IMG/VR virus record: IMGVR_UViG_3300037455_000816
Direction: 5' to 3' (one strand)
From: a virus
Taxonomy: Duplodnaviria > Heunggongvirae > Uroviricota > Caudoviricetes
Length of the DNA stretch: 54,621 nt
Made by a program: the position numbers and the translations under genes. The notes beneath the pieces were generated by a model. It saw nothing but the letters and a program-made list of their open reading frames with translations, was not told the origin of the DNA and did no database searches. Shown here piece by piece: positions 33,235 through 41,993 of this stretch. The stretch's first letter is position 1; every line of letters begins with the position of its first letter.

Positions 33235-33345
33235 TCCAAGCCTTATTTTATAACTTTTTTTAACGCAAAAATCAAAGTTAAGCCTTTGCGAAGGCAAAAT
33301 GAGAGTGTAAACGAGATTTTTAACAAGTAAAAAGATAACATCATC

Positions 33346-33756
33346 ATGAATGGTCAACATATTGACAAGAAATTGAAAGCCCTCCAGGTGACCAAGAAAG
33401 ACCTGGCAGAAAAAATGGGTGTGGCACCCCAATCAGTATCAAGTTTCGTTAATTCCAAGGCTGTTGGAACTGACACACTGGAGAAAATCTGTGCGGCAGT
33501 TGGTCAGCCGATCACCTTCTTCTACGAAGGTTATCAGGATAACGAATTTCTTCCTAAGACCGGTTTTGAGGAGTATGTTCTCATTACCGGCGAGGAAGAT
33601 GACAAGCAGCTCAGCCATAAGCTCGTCACCGTCATCGACAAAATGCGCGAAGAGCTGAAGGAGAAGGATGAGACGATCCAGAGCCTCTATAGGCAGCTTC
33701 TCAAAAAGGAAAACGACCGGTTCGAGAAGGATGGCCTGCAGAGAGTGAGCGGATGA
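33346..33756 (+). CDS. XRE-family HTH repressor (CI-like)
   Basis: LKALQVTKKDLAEKMGVAPQSVSSF...GTDTLEKICAAVGQPITFF; C-terminal coiled coil. Confidence 0.85.
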   Translation: MNGQHIDKKLKALQVTKKDLAEKMGVAPQSVSSFVNSKAVGTDTLEKICAAVGQPITFFYEGYQDNEFLPKTGFEEYVLITGEEDDKQLSHKLVTVIDKMREELKEKDETIQSLYRQLLKKENDRFEKDGLQRVSG

Positions 33757-33806
33757 CGGCTCTGATCATCCCGATAGACATCTTCAAGCCTAAGAAATAG
33801 GGCCAG

Positions 33807-34394
33807 ATGGCTACATTCAGCTCAAAATACCCCTTTTTGTGCGTCTTGAAGTATATTCCTTCAAGGTATTGTAGCCTGAGAGGTTGGCAAATTGCCAACC
33901 GAAAGGCCGTATTACGCTTCAAAAAAGGCGAATTGAGCAAGAATCACATGGATAATATATTAAGTAAGGTACGCGCGATAACGAAAGATGATGCATCCCG
34001 CTGGGTCATCACCTTCGTTCCTGCGTCCACAGACGAGAAGACCTTGCTTCGTTTTGCCTTACTGGCACAGCAGCTGTCAGAACAGCAACCGTGTCCTGTA
34101 CTGTTGGAGTCCATTCACAACCACGAAAACTATCTTCCCCACCACCAAGGCGGCGGGAAGAAGTTCAAAGTCCACAGGATCGTGTTTGAGGACTTCAAGG
34201 ACAAAAACGTCGTTCTCATTGATGACGTAATAACGTCAGGTCGCACATTCAGGGAAATGGGCAATAAACTCATGAGAACAGGCGCAAAATCTATCTACGG
34301 GGTCATCTTCGCAATGACCATACACCCGAACTTGCCAGTCAAGTCCAGGAAGTACTATTTTAAGTCCAAAAAGAAATTTCTTTACACGAAATGA
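33807..34394 (+). CDS. ComF-like phosphoribosyltransferase
   Basis: FVPAS, PRPP-binding VVLIDDVITSGRTF. Confidence 0.85.
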   Translation: MATFSSKYPFLCVLKYIPSRYCSLRGWQIANRKAVLRFKKGELSKNHMDNILSKVRAITKDDASRWVITFVPASTDEKTLLRFALLAQQLSEQQPCPVLLESIHNHENYLPHHQGGGKKFKVHRIVFEDFKDKNVVLIDDVITSGRTFREMGNKLMRTGAKSIYGVIFAMTIHPNLPVKSRKYYFKSKKKFLYTK

Positions 34395-34516
34395 GAAAAG
34401 TTTGCAAATTTATGAAAATTCATTGAAATAGCGTTTTTAAAACTGAGTTTAAGAGAAACGTAACTTATTGATTTTTAGCGTAAAAAGGCTACTTTTTAAT
34501 GATTCGAGGGCATCCC

Positions 34517-34559
34517 CTGGGGGGCGCGAGGTCGCTGGTTCGAGTCCAGTAATCCCGAC
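34517..34559 (+). other. att core: 3' half of a tRNA-Pro (attP-like)
   Basis: CTGGGGGGCGCGAGGTCGCTGGTTCGAGTCCAGTAATCCCGAC = anticodon loop remnant, T-arm and acceptor 3' strand; no 5' acceptor or D-arm upstream; ~230 nt before the integrase. Confidence 0.8.
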
Positions 34560-34577
34560 ACAATGAAAACCAAGATC

Positions 34578-34609
34578 AAGGAGAAGCCGGAAAACACGCG
34601 CTTCTCCTT
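34578..34609 (+). terminator. rho-independent terminator after the att/tRNA fragment
   Basis: AAGGAGAAGC...GCTTCTCCTT followed by TATTTAT. Confidence 0.65.
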
Positions 34610-34790
34610 TATTTATCGGGGTTTTGGAACTCTAAGAAATCTCTATGTTACTTATAAAATCAGTTATAAAAAAAACGGTGAAAGTGCAACATTTTGCACT
34701 ATTTCATAACATTTTCACACATTCCGCAACGGTAAGTATGAAAGAAGAATGAAGTAAAATTGTTTTACACGTTTTAAATATAATGGTAAT

Positions 34791-35993
34791 ATGAGTAAGC
34801 TAAGTTATTATCTGGATTGCCGCACACAGCGTAGCGACGGCACATCCGCACTGAAATTAATGGTGAACTCCAAGGCTGGAAACATCATGGTATCAACTGG
34901 TATCTACCTCACTCCCCAGCAATGGAGTCCACAGGGTAAAATCATCGTCAAGCACCCTAATCGGGTGCAGCTCAACTCGCACATCACAAATTTATTGTGC
35001 CAGGCTGAAGACGCTCTGATGAAGGCAAGGGCAGCCAATGGCCGTGCGCTCACACGGGAGGAGATGAAGCAGGTTATCTTTCCTTTATACAAGGAAGATT
35101 ATGTCAACTACACATCCGTCCGTACCGTTTTTGAGCGAACCATTGAGGATCCGCTTCTAAAAAAGCGCACTCACGAACTGTATTCGTGTACCCTATCAAA
35201 GATAGAGTCATTCATCGGCCATAATGCCGATAAACTGCGATTCGAAGAAATCACAGTCGGATGGCTCGAAAAGTTCGACAAGTGGCTGGCTCCATCCTGC
35301 CCTTCAGCAAACGCCCGTGCCATTCACATGAGGAACTTGCGTAAGGTGTTCAACTCAGCCATTGATGATGATATCACCTCGAATTATCCTTTCAGGAAGT
35401 TCAGGATCAAAAAGGAGGCTACAAGAAAGCGCTCCTTGACAGTTGAACAGATCAGAAGTCTTATGACAATGGAATTGAAGCCCTACCAGAAGCGTTATGT
35501 AGATACATTCATACTGATGTTCTATCTGTTAGGTATCAATGCTGTTGATCTCCTAACTGCAACGCCGAATCTGGTAATCAATGGCAGACTTGACTATACA
35601 AGAAGTAAAACAAAACGCCCCTACTCTGTCAAGATAGAGCCGGAAGCACAGGAGATTATAGACAGATACAAAGGCAGAAGCCATCTGCTGAGTTTCTGTG
35701 ATAATGGCCGGAAATATAAGAATTATCTCAAACGTATGAATATATGTTTGAAAAAACTTATTCCCGGTTGTTCATCCTATTATGCACGTCACTCCTGCGC
35801 CACTATTGCGGCAGAGATCGACATTCCTCTCGATACTATTGCCAATATGCTTGGTCATACCGATACATCCCGCCGTGTTACGCTGGTCTATGTAGATTTC
35901 AACCTGGCAAAAGTTGATGAAGCGAACCGTCGGGTCATCGACTATGTTCTGGGTAAGGGTAAGTACAGGAAAAATAAGGTGAAAAGCAAATAA
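34791..35993 (+). CDS. int: tyrosine recombinase/integrase (Bacteroidota type)
   Basis: Arm domain YYLDCRTQRSDG, SAM-like core-binding region, GINAVDL, YTRSKT, YARHS, LGH, C-terminal Y (VTLVY). Confidence 0.92.
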   Translation: MSKLSYYLDCRTQRSDGTSALKLMVNSKAGNIMVSTGIYLTPQQWSPQGKIIVKHPNRVQLNSHITNLLCQAEDALMKARAANGRALTREEMKQVIFPLYKEDYVNYTSVRTVFERTIEDPLLKKRTHELYSCTLSKIESFIGHNADKLRFEEITVGWLEKFDKWLAPSCPSANARAIHMRNLRKVFNSAIDDDITSNYPFRKFRIKKEATRKRSLTVEQIRSLMTMELKPYQKRYVDTFILMFYLLGINAVDLLTATPNLVINGRLDYTRSKTKRPYSVKIEPEAQEIIDRYKGRSHLLSFCDNGRKYKNYLKRMNICLKKLIPGCSSYYARHSCATIAAEIDIPLDTIANMLGHTDTSRRVTLVYVDFNLAKVDEANRRVIDYVLGKGKYRKNKVKSK

Positions 35994-36100
35994 TCCTCAC
36001 CTTATATATAATATATGGAGTCCAGACATTCTGCTGGACTTCATATATTTGCATTATCGTATTTTTATATATACGATAATATAAAATATTTACTGAAATA

Positions 36101-36132
36101 TTTGGTGGTTTCAGATTATTTTCGTACCTTTG
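36101..36132 (+). promoter_or_regulatory. Bacteroidota promoter for the PAPS-reductase-like gene
   Basis: TTTG-N20-TACCTTTG. Confidence 0.7.
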
Positions 36133-36173
36133 CACCATAGATAACATATATATGATAATATAATAATATAAAT

Positions 36174-37160
36174 ATGGGTATTTCTGATATTGACCTCCAC
36201 AGCTATGACAAATACATTGTCAGTTTCTCAGGCGGGAAGGACTCTACGGCCCTTATGCTGTACTTGTTGGATAACGGCGTACCCCGCGAGAAAATTGAGC
36301 TGTGGCATCAGGAAATCGACGGCAGAGGCAGAAGCCTCTTTGACTGGGAAGTCACGCCCGACTATTGCCGTAAACTGGGTGCCGCCTTCGGTGTTCCAGT
36401 CTATTTCCAATGGAAAATAGGCGGCTTCGAGCGTGAAATGACGCGCACAGAAAGCCTGACGGCTCCCATCTGTTTCGAGCTGCCAGACGGAACAGTCTGC
36501 CAGACTGGCGGCGACCGGGGCAAACCGGCCACAAGAAACAAGTTCCCTCAACCGTCGCCCGACCTGCGCGTCCGCTGGTGCAGCGCCTATCTGAAGATCG
36601 ACGTGTGCGCTACGGCCCTGCGTCATCAGCAGCGGTTCCAGAATATCCGCACCCTCGTTCTCTCCGGTGAACGTGGGGAGGAAAGCAAACAGCGAGCCGG
36701 TTATGCTATCCTGGAACCTGACAAGGCTGACCTTCGGAACGGCAGGAATCCCCGTCATATCGACCGCTTCCGTCCAATCCGGGACTGGAAAGAGCGCGAC
36801 ATCTGGGATCTGCTGGAAAAATACCGGGTACGTCCCCACCCCTGCTATTTCATGGGCTTCGGTCGCTGCAGCTGTAAATTCTGCGTGTTCGGGAACTGTC
36901 ATCAGTTTGCCTCCGCTGCCTGCGTCAGCCGTACACAAGCCGATGACCTGATACGCTTCGAGAAGGATTTCGGGTACACCCTGAAGCGTGATACCGACCT
37001 TCCGACGCTAATCAGTAAGGGTGAACCATACGATACCATCACGGACGAACTGCGACAAATCGCAACGTCCTATGAATACAAAACGCCAATCCTCGTTGGC
37101 GAAAACGAAACCTGGCAGCTTCCGGCAGGAGCCTTCCGCAAATGCGGCGGCCCGTCCTGA
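36174..37160 (+). CDS. phosphoadenosine phosphosulfate reductase family protein
   Basis: IVSFSGGKDS PP-loop, RWCSAYLKI, GERGEES..R, RPI.DW, HPCYF.GFGRCSC.FC. Confidence 0.88.
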   Translation: MGISDIDLHSYDKYIVSFSGGKDSTALMLYLLDNGVPREKIELWHQEIDGRGRSLFDWEVTPDYCRKLGAAFGVPVYFQWKIGGFEREMTRTESLTAPICFELPDGTVCQTGGDRGKPATRNKFPQPSPDLRVRWCSAYLKIDVCATALRHQQRFQNIRTLVLSGERGEESKQRAGYAILEPDKADLRNGRNPRHIDRFRPIRDWKERDIWDLLEKYRVRPHPCYFMGFGRCSCKFCVFGNCHQFASAACVSRTQADDLIRFEKDFGYTLKRDTDLPTLISKGEPYDTITDELRQIATSYEYKTPILVGENETWQLPAGAFRKCGGPS

Positions 37161-37179
37161 AGCAATTACCCTACCCTTC

Positions 37180-37455
37180 TCATTGTTTCTGGTTCAGTCC
37201 CTTCGGTGACTGTATCAGATGCGAACGGTAGAAATATGCCTCCGGCGTGATATGACTACTGCCGTCGTGCGTCAGTATGTGATTCAACGTCTGCTTGGTA
37301 CAACCAATCTGCCTTTCCCCGAACTTCTTGAAGATGGCAGCCACGCTGCCGAAGAAGTAATTCTTACGTCCATGTATAAAATGGACTAAGATAACCTTTG
37401 TTCGATAATCCTTACTCATGGCCACAAAATATTTATTTTGGTGCAAAATTACCAA
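37180..37455 (-). CDS. hypothetical protein (Bacteroides MGE-type, HTH-like)
   Basis: KVILVHF...NYFFGSVAAIF...IGCT..TL; TAATTTTG element on minus strand at 37444-37451. Confidence 0.65.
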   Translation of the reverse strand: MVILHQNKYFVAMSKDYRTKVILVHFIHGRKNYFFGSVAAIFKKFGERQIGCTKQTLNHILTHDGSSHITPEAYFYRSHLIQSPKGLNQKQ

Positions 37456-37805
37456 ATAAACCGTATTTGGAAATATTCAGGCCAATATTTTTATGTTTTT
37501 ATAACAGAAAACGAGTTTATTCAAGATGGTATTGATCCAGAATTGCTCATTGTTATAGTTCATGTTCTCCTTTTCTATCGGTAATGCTGCATGGCAGCCG
37601 ACCTATCTGTACTTGACCCCTTTTACCTTGCAAAGGTAGGGTGAACGCTGGAACCTCAAAGCACAGGTATGCCCTACGGGTTCAGAGGAAAAATTGTCAC
37701 AGCAGCCTTCCACAGATAGCTCATCACTATCTGGGTATTCCGTGAAATTTTTCCTCCTCATCGCTTTGTTTGTTCCCCTCTTCTTTCGTTCCCTCCTTTC
37801 GGTAA

Positions 37806-37919
37806 GCAAGTAAAAGGCTATACAGATAAAGGTCGTACCGATGACATAAAAAAAAGATCACATGGACACAATGAGACTCAAAATCAAAAGTAAAGCTTCC
37901 AGAACAGGAAACCCGATAA
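37806..37919 (+). repeat. ~115-bp non-coding direct repeat, copy 2
   Basis: Near-identical to 13-127. Confidence 0.95.
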
Positions 37920-38135
37920 CTTCAAGACAAGAGCGCATGAAAGTCCATTTAAAGATAGGAGGTCAATCAAGTATCAGATCAGTTGGAGCGCATCTACAAG
38001 CTCTACTGCAAGGGTTTCGGCACACGTAAGATGCTGGAAAGAGCTGAGAACTTTTTCTTTGGCATCCAGAACATCGGTCTTTGTTTTTAATATTTCCATA
38101 TATACGATAATATAATAATATAATAGTTTTATAAT

Positions 38136-38432
38136 ATGATTACCATCACGAAAGAGCATAAGGTTGGCGAGAGATTCATCGACGGACAATCCGGCAAGGA
38201 GGTCATCGTTATCGCCGATACCTGTAAGACAGGGTGCAAGCTCTGTGCCTTCTCCACCTTTGCCGGTGGTGCCTGCCCTGGGGCTGTCTATGACCGTCAT
38301 CCATGCTGCGCATCAGATCGTGAGGATGGCCGCGAGGTGTATTTCAGGTTTATCCGCTACGTGCCGGAAGCACAGGAACCGCCCCTGATCCTTTCTGGCT
38401 TGGGTAACCTCCATATCGGCAAGATTTTTTAG
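38136..38432 (+). CDS. Cys-rich hypothetical protein
   Basis: CKTGCKLCAF...C...CC pattern; motif at 38099-38113 upstream. Confidence 0.7.
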   Translation: MITITKEHKVGERFIDGQSGKEVIVIADTCKTGCKLCAFSTFAGGACPGAVYDRHPCCASDREDGREVYFRFIRYVPEAQEPPLILSGLGNLHIGKIF

Positions 38433-38457
38433 TATTCACTTTTAAATATTAAATATT

Positions 38458-38751
38458 ATGGCAGTTAATAATTTTGGCTTCATTCAGAAGAAATATCGCC
38501 AGCCCGACTATGAGCGTGAGGTGTTTTGTAAGTGTCGCGCCTACTATAAGGCCGAAAATAAGAAGATGTTTGTCGTGGTGGCCTGCCCGCATTTCCTTTG
38601 CGGTGAACAGTGGAACGCACGTATCGACCACTACGAGGTGTTGCGTCAGGACGAGGACTGCTGCCGCGTAATAGCCGCAGAGGTCAAGACTCAGAAACGT
38701 ACAATGGAAATCATCGAGCGACTTCTGGAGAAAAATAAGATGGCTGCATAA
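38458..38751 (+). CDS. hypothetical protein
   Basis: 97 aa. Confidence 0.7.
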   Translation: MAVNNFGFIQKKYRQPDYEREVFCKCRAYYKAENKKMFVVVACPHFLCGEQWNARIDHYEVLRQDEDCCRVIAAEVKTQKRTMEIIERLLEKNKMAA

Positions 38752-38772
38752 TAACTTAAAAATTCAAGATCT

Positions 38773-39006
38773 ATGATTATCTGTTACGTTCATTGGACCG
38801 ACGAGAAGGGCGAAGCCCAGAATGAAGAGGTGTATTCTGTGACCGCCGCCAAGAAACTCATGAAAGAGCATCCCGGCGCACGAGCCAGCAAGACCAAGGT
38901 ATACTCTAACGGTGATTGGGTGAACTGCGGAGAGATCCACCTGAAAGGCTCCAACAAGAGCTTTATCGCCAACTCCCCACGGAACATGAAGAAGGCTAAC
39001 TATTAA
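38773..39006 (+). CDS. hypothetical protein
   Basis: 77 aa. Confidence 0.7.
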   Translation: MIICYVHWTDEKGEAQNEEVYSVTAAKKLMKEHPGARASKTKVYSNGDWVNCGEIHLKGSNKSFIANSPRNMKKANY

Positions 39007-39011
39007 ACAAT

Positions 39012-39182
39012 ATGGTTATGGCTAAGAAATGGTGTGTTTATGATGTGGAGCTTCAGGAAGCATTTCTGAGGGAACACCGGGGCAGGGGATTCTCCTACCA
39101 GTACGCAAGAGGTCTGGCTGTTACCGCCACCAAGCGGTACGGCAGAAAGTTCGAGCCGAGGGTAGAAGAGGAAGATGAATAA
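39012..39182 (+). CDS. small hypothetical protein (56 aa; not in ORF track)
   Basis: MVMAKKWCVYDVELQEAFL... fills the operon gap. Confidence 0.55.
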   Translation: MVMAKKWCVYDVELQEAFLREHRGRGFSYQYARGLAVTATKRYGRKFEPRVEEEDE

Positions 39183-39227
39183 CTAATCATATTTTCATAT
39201 ATACGATAATATTAAAATACAATCAAT

Positions 39228-39845
39228 ATGAATATCAAGAAATTCAAACGTACCATCCAGCAGTTCCTTAACGATGGCCATGCCTATACGGAGCTGCAAG
39301 GCAAACGGATCAATCAGGACGGCGAGATCCTGTATATCAGCAACCGCCTGTTTTCGTCCAAGGAGGTGAAGGACTTCCAGAAATACGCTGAAATGCTCAT
39401 GCAGTATCTCAAGGAAGACAAGTTCAAGGAGTCACGTTTCATCATCCGTCTCTACGGTGCCGCCGACGCGGACGCAAGGATGGTGACGTGGATTTACTCT
39501 CAGGTAGCCCTCGTGGAAGAGACCTTCGAGATCCCCGACGATCTGGAGGTTACCAAGCTGTTCGAATACCAGGGCTATTCATTCATCCCTGCCGGAACAT
39601 GGAAAAGCCGGGGTATAGACGGCAACTTCTTTGAGTGCCAGCGCCGCCTCACGTCGGACTACTCACTGAAGATGACTAACTACATGGGTGCTGATTTCCA
39701 CTGGAATCATCAGGACTTCTACGAGGCCGCCGGAGGCTATGACAAATGCCTCGATGACTTCTTCTTCTGTGTGGAGAAAAATTCCTACTATTGCCCCTGT
39801 CCGAACGAGATTTTCCGCTTAAAATCAAGTTTTTCAGGCGTTTAG
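39228..39845 (+). CDS. hypothetical protein
   Basis: 205 aa; motif at 39188-39212 upstream. Confidence 0.7.
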   Translation: MNIKKFKRTIQQFLNDGHAYTELQGKRINQDGEILYISNRLFSSKEVKDFQKYAEMLMQYLKEDKFKESRFIIRLYGAADADARMVTWIYSQVALVEETFEIPDDLEVTKLFEYQGYSFIPAGTWKSRGIDGNFFECQRRLTSDYSLKMTNYMGADFHWNHQDFYEAAGGYDKCLDDFFFCVEKNSYYCPCPNEIFRLKSSFSGV

Positions 39846-39947
39846 GGTCTTGAATTTGTTAAATCAAGAGATTGTTAAGATACAATTAGGAACCTACGAA
39901 GGGTTTTAATACTTTTGCAAAATATAAACAACTAAATAGTTTTTGTT

Positions 39948-40385
39948 ATGATTAGAGCGTTTTTTATTGGCCGCGTCGGTAAGGATGGCGCAAAGGTCAT
40001 CGAAGGTGCCAACGGCAACTTCATGTCAGTGGATGTCGCAACCGATATCTATAGTAAGGGACAAAACAAACCCATGTGGATAAGACTGCGCAGCAGCCGC
40101 CCGAACCATATCAAACTGGCTCAGTATCTCACGAAGGGTAAGCTCATTGAGGTCATCGGTTCACAGGTAGAGCCGAATGTCTGGATCGACAAGGACGGCA
40201 ACCCGCGCTCGCAGGTGGTGATCGTGGTGGATAACATCAACTTCATCAGCACCGGGCAGCGTAAGAACCAGGAGGAGAGCGCACCGAACGTACCGACGGT
40301 GAACGTTGCAGCTCCCGCAGAACAGCCGGAGGGTGGCGTACCGTTCGATGCTCCGAATGACAAGGCCGACGATCTGCCATTCTAA
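39948..40385 (+). CDS. ssb: single-stranded DNA-binding protein
   Basis: FIGRVGKD, YLTKGKLIEVIG, acidic tail ending DDLPF; TACTTTTG element at 39910-39917. Confidence 0.9.
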   Translation: MIRAFFIGRVGKDGAKVIEGANGNFMSVDVATDIYSKGQNKPMWIRLRSSRPNHIKLAQYLTKGKLIEVIGSQVEPNVWIDKDGNPRSQVVIVVDNINFISTGQRKNQEESAPNVPTVNVAAPAEQPEGGVPFDAPNDKADDLPF

Positions 40386-40467
40386 CAGTCTGCTGATAGC
40401 AGGATGTCTATAGAGGCTTCGGACGCTGAGCCAGCAGATCAGCGTCCTTCTTTTCATTCAAAGGTAT

Positions 40468-40908
40468 ATGGTAAGGAAGATTGTTTTTGTCTTGGCCCTG
40501 ATGATGGCGGCAATGACCGCCTGCGGCCAGTCCTTCGTCTGGTTTACGGAACCCGACGAGATATATGCCGACCATCTTTTCAAGGTAAGGCAGATATGGT
40601 CTGACAAATACGCCCTGGCAGTGGGGAAGGGTGACGCGAAGCGCACATCCAAGGATTTCAACGGGAATCTGGTACTGCTGGTGGCCGCCGACGGCAGCGT
40701 CTTCTACGATGACCAGACAGTGGATATCAAACGTGACAAGATACCCCTCGTGGTGGGTGTGTTCAGATACACGTCAGGGAAACAGAAAAAGACCATTCCC
40801 GTAGTGGCCATCAAGAAGAAGGAAAAGAAACCGACCGCCAAGGCCGCGCCGAAGAGAAAGCCACAGCAGAAGCAGGTGACGACGGCTGACGGCCTGATAG
40901 CAGATTAG
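40468..40908 (+). CDS. exported hypothetical protein (signal peptide or lipobox)
   Basis: MVRKIVFVLALMMAAMTACGQS. Confidence 0.7.
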   Translation: MVRKIVFVLALMMAAMTACGQSFVWFTEPDEIYADHLFKVRQIWSDKYALAVGKGDAKRTSKDFNGNLVLLVAADGSVFYDDQTVDIKRDKIPLVVGVFRYTSGKQKKTIPVVAIKKKEKKPTAKAAPKRKPQQKQVTTADGLIAD

Positions 40909-40931
40909 CATATAAACACAAAAATACTAAA

Positions 40932-41060
40932 ATGAAAAAGAAACTTCTCATTTTCGGTGTGGCGGTGATGGCTATAGCGGCCATCGTTTCCGTCAAATAC
41001 ACCAACGATGCGTTTAAGAGTCTCAAAACATTTAAGTTCGACGAGGATGAATGTGAGTGA
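40932..41060 (+). CDS. small signal-peptide-bearing peptide (42 aa; not in ORF track)
   Basis: MKKKLLIFGVAVMAIAAIVSV... Confidence 0.55.
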   Translation: MKKKLLIFGVAVMAIAAIVSVKYTNDAFKSLKTFKFDEDECE

Positions 41061-41463
41061 TTTCCGTCTGGGAAACTTCGTAATATACGAAGCCTGCGAC
41101 CATGTGATCCGGGGTATCAACCTGAAAAAGAACGATAGGGGAGAGGAGGTTGCGGTGTTCACCGTCTCAGCCATCAACCATGACTGGGGTGAGGACACCT
41201 GCGGCATAGAAGAGCTGAAAGGGCTGGATCTGGAGCCGGAGCTGCTGAAGAAACTCGGTTTCGTCCCCCTGAACAAGGGACTGCCCGACCTCTGGATAAA
41301 ACCGCTGGAGGGCTACCGCTATATCCGCTACCACTCAAAGGTTCACTACATGGAGTTTGAGACTACGCACACCTTCCACCGTGTTCCCTGGGCCGTCAAG
41401 TATCTGCACCAGATGCAGAACGCCGTGACGGACTACGGACTGACATTAGACCTCCGGCCATAA
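41047..41463 (+). CDS. Bacteroidota phage-type protein, paralog of 47338-47769 (start revised)
   Basis: DFRLGNFV...LDLEPELLKKLGF...KYLHQMQN. Confidence 0.7.
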   Translation: MNVSDFRLGNFVIYEACDHVIRGINLKKNDRGEEVAVFTVSAINHDWGEDTCGIEELKGLDLEPELLKKLGFVPLNKGLPDLWIKPLEGYRYIRYHSKVHYMEFETTHTFHRVPWAVKYLHQMQNAVTDYGLTLDLRP

Positions 41464-41469
41464 CACAGC

Positions 41470-41503
41470 AATCCCCTGTTACTTCTGACGGTAGCAGGGG
41501 ATT
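41470..41503. terminator. bidirectional terminator between convergent genes
   Basis: AATCCCCTGTTAC-N8-GTAGCAGGGGATT. Confidence 0.7.
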
Positions 41504-41511
41504 ATTGTATC

Positions 41512-41886
41512 TTAGTCTTCGTCGAAGATCTTCGTCAAGTCCTGTTTGGATGTCCGCTGGACACGGACAACGCCGTGCTTCTTCTCGTAGGTCTCGATGA
41601 AATGCCCCCAAGCAATATCATTCACCTCCTTGATGGTGGTGCCTGACTTGGCGGCAATGGCACGGATCTTCGCATATTTCTCCTTGTTGACAACGAGATA
41701 GGCAGTCTCTTCCTGAGAACTGCGGGGAGGACGGCCACGCTTACCCTTTGCCCTGACCTGTGCGGCAGGAGAGGTAGCGGCAGCCGGTTCCTGAATCTGC
41801 TCTTCCTGGGCGACGGACTGGCCGGGCATGGTAAGCCCGTTGAGCAGGTTATCCATCGCCTCCTTCTTTTTCTGTTTGTCGCTCAT
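41512..41886 (-). CDS. ParA partner (type Ib-like small DNA-binding partition protein; start revised to MSDKQ)
   Basis: Downstream of parA; disordered N-terminus, GRPP, RHH-like C-terminus. Confidence 0.6.
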   Translation of the reverse strand: MSDKQKKKEAMDNLLNGLTMPGQSVAQEEQIQEPAAATSPAAQVRAKGKRGRPPRSSQEETAYLVVNKEKYAKIRAIAAKSGTTIKEVNDIAWGHFIETYEKKHGVVRVQRTSKQDLTKIFDED

Positions 41887-41993
41887 ATCGGATCTATTTA
41901 ATGTTATCGTATTTCTGTATTTACATATATTTCGCTGCAAAGATATCACTTTTTTCTGAGACAAAGGCCATCTTCGGCGAAAAAATGCGAGAG

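Noticed and set aside
34500-34560. Intact tRNA-Pro gene
   Set aside because: 5' acceptor strand and D-arm are missing; interpreted as an att core
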